Below are positions 24,482 through 35,900 of a stretch of DNA of 64,000 bases, piece after piece; within the stretch, counting starts at the first letter, position 1; each line of letters begins with the position of its first letter. The DNA is taken from NCBI RefSeq assembly GCF_006345805.1, contig NC_043010.1:63178001-63242000 (forward strand). Direction: 5' to 3'. The notes below the pieces were generated by a model, which worked only from the letters and a program-made list of their open reading frames with translations, searched no databases and had not been told where the DNA came from. The position numbers and the translations under genes are program-made. Source of the stretch: Octopus sinensis (taxonomy: Eukaryota).

Positions 24482-25220
24482 TTGGGTCGTCCCATAAATA
24501 ATGCAGTTCTTTCAATTGCATGAACTAAACGTTAGAGGGGAACAGGATAAACTACCTGTATCAACTTGCTATAAAAGCAGGTGGTAATTTTACCTTGTGC
24601 TTATTCTTAGTGCAAATTTTGAAGAGTGTAGTTTGATTTTAACAGTTATTTTTCCAAAACTGTAATGGAAGTGACAAAGGAGCATATTCGGCATATTTTG
24701 CTTTATGAATTCAATAAAGGCAACAACACAATGGAAAGTGTGAGGAATATTAATGGAGTATATGGGGATTGGACAATAAGCGTAAGCTAGTGTCAGAAAT
24801 TCTGAACCAGAAACTACAGCCTAGAAGATGAGCCTTGTCGAGAAAGATCTGTAGAGCTCAACAAGGACATCCTGCAAAATGTGGTGGAACAAAATCCCAT
24901 CATAACTGTTGGGGAAATCGCAGAGAAGCTTGGATTTGGTCATTCAACCATTCATTAACACCTGCATGCCATTGGAAAAGTCAGCAAATTGAGTCAATGG
25001 GTTCCTCACAAACTTTCCGAGTCTAATCACATGCAGAGAGTGAATGTGTGCTCTCTTTGCTGTCATGTCTCACAAATGAACCTTATTTTGGACCGAATAG
25101 TAACTGGTGACAAGAAATGGGTTCTCTATAAAAATGTCAAGCTCCAAAGACAGTGGGTTGAGAAAGGAGAAACACCAGCACTCCAGGCTAAATAAGGTCT
25201 TCACTCATGTAAGGTGTTGT
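24482..25220 (+). pseudogene. 3'-truncated mariner transposon with decayed transposase
   Basis: TA then TIR ttgggtcgtcccataaataatg. ATG at 24665 gives MEVTKEHIRHILLYEFNKG...WVPHKL...RIVTGDKKWVLYKN, with stops and frameshifts. Confidence 0.9.
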
Positions 25221-26143
25221 AATTTCATTATCCTTAATTGCAGAAAGCAGTTTTATATACTTTTGTTGAGGAACGTCAAGTTTGAAGTTGTTACCTGTAG
25301 AGAAACATCAAATTTATTGAGGCACCTGACTTGCAGAAAATACCAGCTCTGTTTATTTTTCTTTGGTAGATATTTCTTGTTATAACTGGAATAACCATCA
25401 AATTTAATTTTCCAGTGAAAGGGTTGATCTTCATAAGTTTGGTTATTATCAGTGAATAATTAAAATGTGTGAAAGTTCTTTTGGGACCTATGAGTCTACC
25501 TAAACTTGGATAATTGAAGACCATTAAAGCTAATTAAAAATACTTGCAGACGTATAGGGGTACATCAAATGTTTGTCTTGCTGAAACATCATCATCATCG
25601 TTTAATGTCCAAAATATACAATGGCTGGAGCATTAAAAAATTGTGGACACAAAACATATTTTAAGTAAGTAAAAAAAGTATTTTATTTTTGTTTTATAAA
25701 CCACTGTTCCTCAAACTCTTTTATTTTTACTATCACCTTTTTAATGTTACCTTACTATGATACAGTAAAATTAAATACAGCACAAAAAAAAAATTTCTGT
25801 TGATTGACAAATTGCCCTTAAAAATCTATTTGCACGTAAGTCATTTTATCAATATGATCAATATGATAGTTAAGAGATTTGCTTTCAGGTGGTTTTAGAT
25901 TCAGTCCCACAATGTGTGGCACCTTGAACAAGCATCTTTCATTACAACACCAGACCAACCAAAGCTTTCAGAGAAGATTTGGTAAATAGAAACTGAAAGA
26001 AGCCCAACTTGTATGTATACATACATACATATATAAATATAAAAGTACAATTTTATTCTTAAAAATAATGTTAGTGGCTGCAAGGGAAAAAGCCATACAG
26101 GCAAAATTAATAATTATATATAAGATATATAAACGTATTTATA

Positions 26144-26390
26144 TTGGGTTGGTGCATAATTATAGCGGCTTTTTCAACAAATTTTATTCAACAAAAACAA
26201 TAACAACATGTAACAAAAACATCTTTAAATGATTATTCCGGAGCATATTCACCATCTACTTCACTTACTGCTTCCCATTTGCTTGGCAGATGGTCAGACC
26301 ATCATTTAAAGATGTTTTTGTTAAATATTGTTATTGTTTTTGTTGAATAAAATTTGTTGAAAAAGCCGCAAAAATTATGCCTCAACCCAA
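26144..26390. mobile_element. Mariner-derived palindromic MITE (247 bp)
   Basis: TA flanks and about 90-bp inverted arms starting ttgggttggtgcataatt. The interior minus strand encodes LPSKWEAVSEVDGEYAPE*. Confidence 0.88.
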
Positions 26391-26821
26391 TACATACTTG
26401 GCATCTGTGACGTCGCAACTCATTTCTACAGCTGAGTGAACTGGAGCAATTTGAAATAAAGTGCCTTGCTCAAGAAAAACAACATGCAGTCTGGTCTGGG
26501 AATCAAACTCACAACCTCACAATTGTAAGCTTGACACTCTATCCACTGAGCCATGCACCTTCACTTTTATATATACACACACACACACACACACATATAT
26601 ATACACACGTGCGCGAGAGTTGGCTGAAAAGGTCATAGGCTGACCAAAATACTCTCATGTGACCAATTGAGGTTTATTTTTCAACATAGTCCACACACCT
26701 CTTCTGTTGGTGTTACAACCCTTGGATCCCATTGGTGAGGAAGCTTTCATCACGTTGGTCAAAAGGTCATCAACAGTAGACATGATGTCATCATCACTGC
26801 AATAATATTTCCCACCCAAAT

Positions 26822-27035
26822 ACGGCAGTGAGCTGGCAGAATTGTTAGCACACAAGACGGAATGCTTAGTGGTATTTCACCCATGGCTATGTTCTGAGTT
26901 CAAATTCTGCCAAGGTCAACTTTATCTTTCATCCTTTTGGAGTCAATAAATTAAGAACCAGCTACATACTGGGGTAGAACTAATCGACTGGTCCCCTCCC
27001 CCAAGATTTCAAGCCTTGTGCCTATAGTTAAAAAG
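26822..27035 (+). mobile_element. Family A SINE (tail 2) inserted in the mariner
   Basis: 18-bp TSD aatatttcc(c/t)acccaaat at 26804-26821 and 27036-27053. Confidence 0.88.
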
Positions 27036-27509
27036 AATATTTCCTACCCAAATGTTTTTTCCATGTTGGATAACAGATGATAAGCCAGACAGGGCCAAAT
27101 CAGGAGAAGAGACAGTGATCAACCAATTCAAAAACCAGTCATGCATAACAACCACTGAAACCAAGGGTTTGTGGGCTGGAGCATTGTCCTGATGAAACAA
27201 GACCCTTTTCTTCAGTTTTCCTGGGTGTTTGGTCTTTATATACTTTCATAACTACCTCGGCAAGTTGACATAGTACCCTTCTTTGATGGTGTGGCCCTTT
27301 TGAAGATAGTCAATAAATACATTGCCTTCTGCATCCCAAAAAACTGAGGCCATCCCATTCCCTGCAGAGGAAATGACCTTGGCCTTCTTTAGAGCAGGTG
27401 AGGAGGAGCGTTTCCACTGTATGGAGTGTCTCTTTGTCTCTGATTCAAAGGGATGGAGCCGACATTCAAACTGGATTAGGAAATATTCAAGGAAACCAGG
27501 CAGATCTGC

Positions 27510-27710
27510 TGTTGTTGTTAAGCAACAAGAAGGGTAAGGGTGATTATGTGATGGCCTAGGGCTTAGGGGCGGGAGACCCCAGACCTTGGAGAAAAAAAAC
27601 TTTGGTCGTTGTAGTCGAGGGCTCTTCATTGAAGCCCGACACCACTGGGAGGTGGCCCTCGAAGTCGCTGGAAATGGAGATCTCCAGGTCCAAATTCTTG
27701 AACGGTGACG
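27510..27710 (-). mobile_element. 201-bp retroposed insertion with (ACA)n tail inside the mariner
   Basis: 7-bp TSD GATCTGC at 27503-27509 and 27711-27717. The minus strand ends ..ttgcttaacaacaaca. Confidence 0.7.
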
Positions 27711-28275
27711 GATCTGCCTGAAACAATGTCAGATTTTCTCATGATGTGCTTTTGATCAGGTACCAAGACGTGGTACCCACCGAGCAGAAAGCTTTCTTCG
27801 TGCCAAGTTCATTGTGCAGAATATTCCCAACTCTCTCACAGGATATGCTAATAGCATTGGCTGTTTAATTTATAGTCAACTGCCTGTCATCCATTCATGG
27901 TGAATGCAATCAGGGTTTGCCTTGGTGGTGGCAGTTGCAGGATGCCAGACCTTGGACCATCTTCAAAATTTCCCCTTCCCCTCCTAAAATCAACTGCCCC
28001 CTTTCGCATCATTCCCTCATGTAGCAACCAATGTCAGCATGGATGTCCTTGGCTGCTGAACCCATTTTCTGCTGGTGCTTGATAACATGGCGATGCTAAA
28101 TTTTGACCATTTTCAAGAGAAATCGCTACTAAGTTAATTTTGAAGTCTTCTTCAAACAGTCAGATGTCAGTCTACAAGGAAAGAAAGAAACAACGCAGTC
28201 ATTAATAAGAAGAGTTGAAATGGATGCAAGATTTTACAGCTCTCTTTCAGCCCACCCTCGTAGATATTGTACATA

Positions 28276-28651
28276 TCTTTATATATAAAAGTCAAGTTGT
28301 GTATCTGTCTCCTACGATTTAGATTCCTAACTACTTCCACATTTTGCGGTGCAGTTTAACCAAAACCGGGTATCTTATAGTCGTGATTCATATCGAGCCC
28401 TTCCGGGTATTAGCGTGCGTCTACGATTTAAAAAAAAAATTACCATAATTTTTTTCCATTTTAATGCATTTTTTCGCTATTATATAAGGGAAGTAACTCT
28501 CTAAAAATGTCTACGATGAGTCAACAATTTTAAAAAAAATTTACCATCATTTTTTTTCCATTTTTAATGCATTTTTTTGCTATAACTCTCTAAAAATGCT
28601 TATATAGTTATTTCCCTTACAAACCCGAGCAACGCCGGGCGATACTGCTAG
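28276..28651 (+). mobile_element. Non-autonomous Helitron, copy 1
   Basis: Starts TC, ends CTAG, subterminal hairpin cccgagcaacgccggg, inserted between A and T, no TSD. Confidence 0.88.
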
Positions 28652-28774
28652 TACTCCATAAAAATGAGGTTAATAGTCTGAAAAACTTGATATCTCCAAA
28701 ACAACAATGCATCACAGGACTAGCAAAATTCTGTAATGACCAATCACTTTCAAACATTTATCAGTGGTTCTATA

Positions 28775-29001
28775 TTTCCAAGTTCGATTCCTGGCAGTGA
28801 CCTGAATAATAATAATGATGATGATGATGATTATGGTGGTGGTGGTGGTGGCAACGATGACAACATCGAAAAATACCTTAGGAATGAGAACCCAGGTTCG
28901 AAATTTCCCCAAGACACCTGATGAAGGCTGGAGGGTATATCAGCCGAAATGTTGTGTTAACAACAAACGAGGATAAATATCCATCAAATGTAAATAATGT
29001 A
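28775..29001 (+). mobile_element. tRNA-headed hammerhead-bearing SINE-like element (5'-truncated copy)
   Basis: B-box GTTCGATTCC, (AAT/GAT)n spacer, and a body shared with the two copies at 56466-57017. Confidence 0.75.
28913..28958 (+). ncRNA. Putative minimal type-I hammerhead ribozyme
   Basis: Stem I GACAC/GUGUU, core CUGAUGA, stem II GGCUG/CAGCC, GAAA, very short stem III, and GUU cleavage triplet (cut after 28953). Confidence 0.55.
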
Positions 29002-29339
29002 AATTTATCAGTGGTCACTGAAATTAGGGAACTTGTAGATCTGAGCGTTCTATTTATTCTCATTTCTATTTCCATTTTCATTCCCTAAATATTCGAAAGT
29101 TTGTCCCTGAGACTGGTAAGCTGGTAATTTTAAACAGAAGTTTTTCGTAATTTCTGTTTAGGAATTATGTAAGATATAGCTCTGTCTGCAGCAAAATATT
29201 GTAGATTAGTCATTCACACAAAGCTACTGCATCCAATTACAAATCAATTAGTTGTAATGAGATGTAAAAAGTATGAGTAAATAACGATCTGAAAGATGGT
29301 CTGGAAAGAACAGTAACTTAAACAATAAAAATAATAAAT

Positions 29340-29580
29340 GCACCCTTTTAAAACCTAGCCAGGCTCATGGGCGCAGTTTCTCAGTTTCTATGGCATATGT
29401 GTTCCCAAGCTGGATGGGACACCAGTCCATTGCAGCGTTACTCATTTTTGCCAGCTGAGTGGACTGGAGCAATGTGAAATGAAGTGTTTTGCTCAAGAAC
29501 ACAACGCATCGCCCTGTCCAGGAATTGAAACCACAATCTTAAGATCATGATGCTGACACCCTAACCACTAAGCCACGTGC
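29340..29580 (-). mobile_element. tRNA-headed SINE family E (V-domain-like core)
   Basis: Homologous to 43339-43586. The minus strand has tggcttagtggttaggg and atggactgg(t/c)gtcccatccag. Confidence 0.8.
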
Positions 29581-31364
29581 AGCCATGATGGAAATCCTTC
29601 CATTAGTGATTGAAACCCTTGGTGATTTGCTATGCTTGAGAAGACACATCAACCCAAGTGAAATCGTAGTCGTGGCCTGTGCTGGTGACACATAAAGGGT
29701 ACCCAATACACGCTGGGAGTAGTTGATGTTAAGAAGGGCACCAAGCCTAATCAGCCTGGAGCCTAGAACAGCCCTCCAGCTTACCAGTCCCAATCAAACC
29801 ATCTAACCCTTGCCAGTATGGGAAACAGATGATGATAAAGTATTTCTACCACAGCCCATATTAAACTGTATTTCTACTCCAGTTGAATTTACACTATGTC
29901 AGGTTTTAAATATTTCTCTCATATATCTGTGACACACATGTTTAAAAGACACTCCCTAGTGTAAGCACCGCTATTGTTTGCTAAATCCTATTTCTCAATA
30001 TATCTGACAGAATGGAGATTAAAAAAGAAAGAAAAAAAAAATCAGACACCTTTCTATGGAAAGGTTTTTAAATTTAAATATTTAGAAAACACTGCAAACC
30101 AACATACCTTGTTCTTTTTTTTCTTTTATTAGACTTGTGTAAAAGAACACTATGAACCAGATATCTTTTAGCCTTTAGCGTTTAAACTGACCATAACTGG
30201 CTAAAATATTCTACCTGCTTTGTGTTCAAACTGACCAAATCTGGCTTCATCATCATCGTTTAACGTCCGCTTTCCATGCTAGCATGGGTTGGACGATTTG
30301 ACTGAGGGCTGGCGAACCAGATGGCTGTACCAGGATCCAATCTTGATCTGGCAGAGTTTCTACAGCTGGATGCCCTTCCTAACGCCAACCACTCCGAGAG
30401 TCTCACATCTATTTGGAAATGTTATTCTAAATATAAACTACCACATCATAAAACTCTTGAAGCTACGAGGCATCATCATCGTTTAACGTCCGTTTTCCAT
30501 GCTAGCATGGGTTGGACGGTTCAACTGGGGTCTGGGAAGCCAGAAGGCTGCACCAGTCCCAGTCTGATCTGGCAGTGTTTCTACAGGTGGATGCCCTTCC
30601 TAACGCCAACCACTCCGTGAGTGTAGTGGGTGCTTTTTACGTGCCACCTGCACGTAAAAAGCATCTCATGATTAATTAATGTGAATAAATAAGCATTGCA
30701 TTTGACAGAATAATCTGAATGCTAAAGGGTCAAAGAAACTCCCTAATATAAGGCAGCAAGCTGGCAGAAACGTTAGCGCACCAGGTGAAATGCTTAGAGC
30801 TATTTTGTCTGCCGTTACGTTCTGAGTTCAAATTCTGCCAAGCTCGACTTTGCCTTTCATCCTTTCGGGGTCGATTAAATAAGTACCAGTTATGCACTGG
30901 GGTTGATATAATCAACTTAATCCGTTTGTCCCCTCTGTGTGTGACCCCTTGTGGGCAGTAAAGAAACTAAGAGATTTTCAAAATCCCTGTATTGCAGGGT
31001 CCTCAAAAAACATCTACAAAGCACTTGCAATATCCTAGTGATACATTTCACAGAAACACGGAGGTACAGAGTGTCCCTTGCCCTAAGGAAGACTTCATCC
31101 AAACCCTTTAAGCATTCACATCCTATCAAAAATAATGACTCTTTATTCACGTTGTTTCGAACCAACCATGCATTATCTTGTAACTTGAAGATTTTAATGA
31201 TGTGATAGTTTATTGTTAGAATGACTTTGTAGGGTAGGTGTGAGAGGCCCACTCTGGCCAGTTCAAACATAACACAAGGTAGAATATTTGAGTTGGACAT
31301 GGATGGTTTAAATGCTTAAGGGTGAGTGAAACACTTGTTAATGTTATACTGCTGCCACTGTTTA

Positions 31365-31566
31365 CAGCAATTCGCAACCGGGGTCCATATAAGATTTCGT
31401 TGTAAAAATTTATATGCAATGAATTCTTTAAAATAATTCCTAACAATATTCAATTATAAAAACACAATAAGATTTTTTTTTTAACAGCAATTGGCTATGG
31501 GGGTCCAGCTGAGTAAAAAAAAGGGATCAAAAGGGTCCATAGGCCAAAAAGGGTTGAGTATCATTG
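31365..31566. mobile_element. hAT-like MITE
   Basis: Degenerate 15-bp TIRs cagcaattcgcaacc / ggttgagtatcattg and subterminal ggggtcc repeats. Confidence 0.45.
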
Positions 31567-31674
31567 GTTTACATCACTGAGTTGTAACCTACCTGTTGAT
31601 TCCTATACAACCAGTAAGACGTACGAACACAGAGCTAGTGACCTGGGAACATCTTAGCTTTAACTATTCACTCA

Positions 31675-31980
31675 GGTGATAGTTATGTGCAGACAATTCG
31701 TCGATTGGACAATTCATCGATTGGACAATTCGTCGATTGGACAATTCGTCAATTGGACAATTCACCGATTGGACAATTTGTTGATTGGGCAATTCGCTGA
31801 TTGGGACAATAAGTCGACATGCAGAAGTATCAATCATGGACTTCATCAAAATGGAATGAAGAGGCTGGAAGCTTCTTATACAAAGGGTACGCTTATATTA
31901 TTGACAGAACTGACAAACTGTCCAATTGGTCAATTGTCCTGCCTGTAAGTTGTCTGTCGACGAATTGTCCCGTCTACCGT
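31675..31980 (+). mobile_element. Internally deleted foldback MULE (Phantom-like) element with FLYWCH start
   Basis: About 8 tandem 16-bp units GGACAATTCGTCGATT, inverted units at 31915-31972, and between them MDFIKME*RGWKLL/YKGYAYIIDR (31836-31908, one frameshift). Confidence 0.6.
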
Positions 31981-32286
31981 TATTTAATATGCAGGACAAA
32001 TTCAATTTATTATTTGTTTTCTCTTCTTTATTCAATGACAATAATATGTAGTGTGGTACTGCTATATATTATTCTACATGGCATTGCAGCTGCGTATACA
32101 GGTGTATGACAGCAGGGCTAGATGTAAAATGTCTACACAATACATCCATGCTTGTGTGTTTACATTGTTTTTTTGTTTGTTAGTGCATTGGTTTTTTAAT
32201 TTTTTTTTTTTTTCTTTTTTTTCCAATTTCCTCTACCTTCAACGTCCAGAATAGAAAAAGGTAGCTTTAACATAGAAGGAATTTAT

Positions 32287-32608
32287 ATATTACAATATAG
32301 GATTTCTCTTTGTCCTGACATTCCACAAAGTTCACGGAAATATAATTATGTAACAACGTGGGACCTCTTTTGGTCCTCGGATTTCCACAAAAGTACACAG
32401 AAATATATTCTTTTTTTTTTATATATTACAACTGTAGGACTTCCATTAAGTCTGCACATTTCCACAAAGTTCATGGAAATAAATGTTTTTATATTACAAT
32501 GTAGGACCCCTCTCGGTCGTCAAATTTCCACAATGTTCTTGGAAATCTGTAAATATAAAGCAATGATGGATGACCTGTCTTGGTCTTCACATTTTCACAA
32601 AGTTCATG
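32287..32608. repeat. Five diverged 60-75 bp tandem units, each with two inverted-repeat stems
   Basis: Consensus ATATTACAATGT-AGGACC-N6-GGTCCT-cac-ATTTCCA-CAAAGTTCA-TGGAAAT. Confidence 0.8.
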
Positions 32609-34929
32609 TTTAAATGAAAGATACTGCTTCTCTCCCTTAGACTAGGTTTAGATTGATTGTAAAAATAACAGTTCCAGCTCTATAGAACCTCTTCTCTCTC
32701 TCTCTGTATATATGTATGCATATGTGAGTGTGTGTGTGTACATATATATATATATATCACGTGGCTGACCAGGATATCAGATGTTGTTACACATCGCTGG
32801 TCACAATGCACTTTCGTACTGTTTTAACCTTTGAATGATGCCACCCCACTGACAAGGCAGCCGGGCCAACATTCCCCACTGATTGAAAGGGGGGCTAGGG
32901 CAAAGTGAAATGAAATGTTTTACTCAAGAACACAAAGTGCTGCCCAGCCAGGGAGTTGGACCCACAATCGTGAGAGCAACAGCCTAATCACTAGGCTTCC
33001 CACCTTCACACACACATATATCTTTACCCCACTTCTTCTCAGGTCTTCCTCTCTTATAGTCTGCCGCTCCATCATTCTCTCTCTCTCTCTTGTATCTCAC
33101 AGACTTCAGATCCAACAGTCAACCACACAGATACAAACAAAAGGGAGTTGCGATGTGGCAATGTTCAGAATCGTACAGCTGTCTGTCTGTCTGTCAACCG
33201 ATCTGCTCATCTGACAAGCCAATGTGGCAGCAGGGAAATTTCTCTCAAAAATTAACAGACCAAAACTAAAATGTCTTCAGCATTTAATACAACATAAACT
33301 GCAATAAATCCAACGTCAATTAAATATTTTAAGTCCAACAAACAGATTAATTGATTAGGAATTTCTTGGCACCCATTTATCAAGTAGTCCCCGTTTTTAA
33401 TCTGTTAACATAACTCCATGTCTGTCGTTTCTGGCTAGTTGCATTTGTGACCTGTGTTTACCTGTCACCTGTCCATCTAGTTGTTTTCGTGTCACCTGTC
33501 TATCTAATGACTGTCTTATCTACCTGTGTACTTCTCCATGGCCTATCTATTGCATTGGTCTCATACAGGAAGCTAAATCATACCCCAATATACCCAATTC
33601 AACTTGGGTACCTTACTGCAACCCCAATACGCAGCAGCCTTCTAACGAACCAGACACACCTTTATCCACCTCATTGTCAGGTACATAATGTGGATCATTT
33701 ACTCAAGGGATAATAACGAGATACCAAAAGGGGCCAATATCCACAGGGGCCCACTTATCCAGTTGGAAAATCAGCTTCAGTCTTCTTTAGGGTTCTGATC
33801 CCTTTGTCAACCATGTTGTCTGTTTATTCACATTGTTTTCAATTCGTAACACTTTAACTTGTAGCTTCAAGATTTCAAAGGTGTGTTTGTATATTTTTTA
33901 GAATGACATTTTAAGGTAGCTCTGAAACATTGGATCTGGTCAGTTTTAATGTAAAACAGGTAGAATATTTGGGCCAGATATGGCTAGATTAAATGCTAAA
34001 GGGTTGTGAATTTTCACAGCCCTTATCAAAGATTTATTGGTATCCTTTCTCCAATGAAGGGTCCCTAAATTCACTCCTGCCAAGAACAGCTTAGCATCTG
34101 ATAAAAAGTGGCTGACATATTGAATAAGGTAATTCAATAGACCACGGTTGAAAATAAAAACACAGAGAGGATATATTGGACAATGAAGTTCCTGGTATAC
34201 AAAAAAGATGGTATGGTCATGGTTGGAATACTCTTTCATCATAGGTCTGCTTGGTCAGAGTTGGGCTAGTCGGAACAATAACAACAAAATCACACATATT
34301 TCGGAAGAAAGTGGTGTAATCAATTGGATCAATTATCCTCCACCCCAGCATATAACTGGTATTAACATCATGACCCTAGAAGGATGAAAGGTAAAGTCAA
34401 TTCTAGTGAAATTTGAACTCAGAATTTAGGAGGTGAAACAGTATAGTACAGCCAACTGTTAGTCATGGATGGGCAAATATGGCTTGGTGACACGAGACCA
34501 TAGTTTTGCTAATTGTTTTAGGGGGCCTATGTAGTTGCAAGCAGACTGAGACAACTTATGGAGCCTCCCACCCTTTATCCAGTAGAACCTGGAAAATTTG
34601 ACACCTGGGTAGGGCTGCAGAGAATAAGTAGCACCAGTGCTCCAGCTGGTACAAGTAAACTGGAGCAATGTGAAATGAAGTGTCCTGTTCAAGGACACGA
34701 CATAACTGCTTGGTCCAAGAATTGAACCTACCTCATAAACACGAGCTGAACATCCCAAACCACTAGGCCATATGCCTTCACAATCTTAACGGGTAAAAAC
34801 AAAACTAAACGCCATGTAGCCCTCAATCAGTCTGTAGTAGTAGTAGTAGTAGTAGTAGTAGCAGTAGTCGTCGTCGTCACTATCATGATTTCATATTTCA
34901 GCACAAGGTGAGCTTTTTTTGGAGGGGCA

Positions 34930-35900
34930 GGGACCAATTTGATTACATTAGACTCCTCCCGCCTCTCTCTCCCAGTATTTGGCTGGGAATGTATTTCATT
35001 GACCCCTGAGAGGGTAAAAGGCAAAGTTGACTGTGGCAGGATTTGAACTCAGAACATGTAAAGATTGGAATGAAATGCCACAAACATTTTGTCCAATCAC
35101 TACGTTCATAATAATAATAATTAATGGCTTCAAATTTTAGCACAAGGCCAGCAATTTTAGGGGAAAGAGTAAGTTGATTACACTGACCCCAGTATTCAAC
35201 TGGTACATATTTTATCAAGTCTGAAAAGACGAAAGGCAAAGTTGACCTCAGCCAAGTTTGAACTCAGAATGTAGAGACCCGAAATGCCACTGAGCATTTC
35301 GCCTGGTGTGCTAACAATTCTGCCAGCTCACCACCTTCGATGGTAATAATAACCCTTTCTTCTATAGGCACAAGGCCTGAAAATTTGGGGGAGAGGACAG
35401 TCAATTACATCGACCCCAGTGCGTAACTGGTACTTATTTCATTGAGCCTGAAAGGATGAAAAGTAAAGTTGACCTCGGTGGAACTTGATCTCAGAACGTA
35501 AAGATATATATATATAGCATCATCATCATCGTTTAACATCCACCTTCCATGCTGGCATGGGTGGAATGGTTTGACAGGAGCCAGCCAGGCAGAAGCCTGA
35601 ACCAGGCTTCTGTAACTGTTTTGGCGGGACTTTTACAGCTGGATGCCCTTCCAAATAAATGCCAACCATTTTACAAAGTTGACCTTGGCGGAATTTGATC
35701 TCAGAACGTAAAGATGGACAAAATACTGCTAAGCCGTTCGCCCGGTGTGCTCACGATTCTGCCAGCCCACCACCTTTGATGATGATAATAATAATAATTT
35801 CTAACTTTGACACAAAGTTGAAAATTCATAGGGAAGGTGTGTAGTGAATTGAATCAACCCCAATATATGCCTGGTACTCATTATATCAACCCCAAGAAGA
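34930..35900 (-). mobile_element. Cluster of family A and family D SINE copies
   Basis: Repeated ggcaaagttgacct..gaactcagaa cores separated by (AAT)n, with a family D tail at about 35518-35670. Confidence 0.75.

Larger units (their letters stand above)
26614..28260 (-). pseudogene. Decayed full-span mariner element with two nested insertions
   Basis: TIRs cgagagttggctgaaa / tttcagcccaccctcg-TA. Transposase fragments RWVPR, ETKRHSIQWK..MASVFWDAEG..DYLQKG, FHQDNAPAH, SPDLA, SDDDI. Confidence 0.9.

Noticed and set aside
31690-32608. CRISPR-like arrays (16-bp and about 65-bp repeats; also 17398-17859)
   Set aside because: Eukaryotic context, no unique spacers of constant length, no cas genes.
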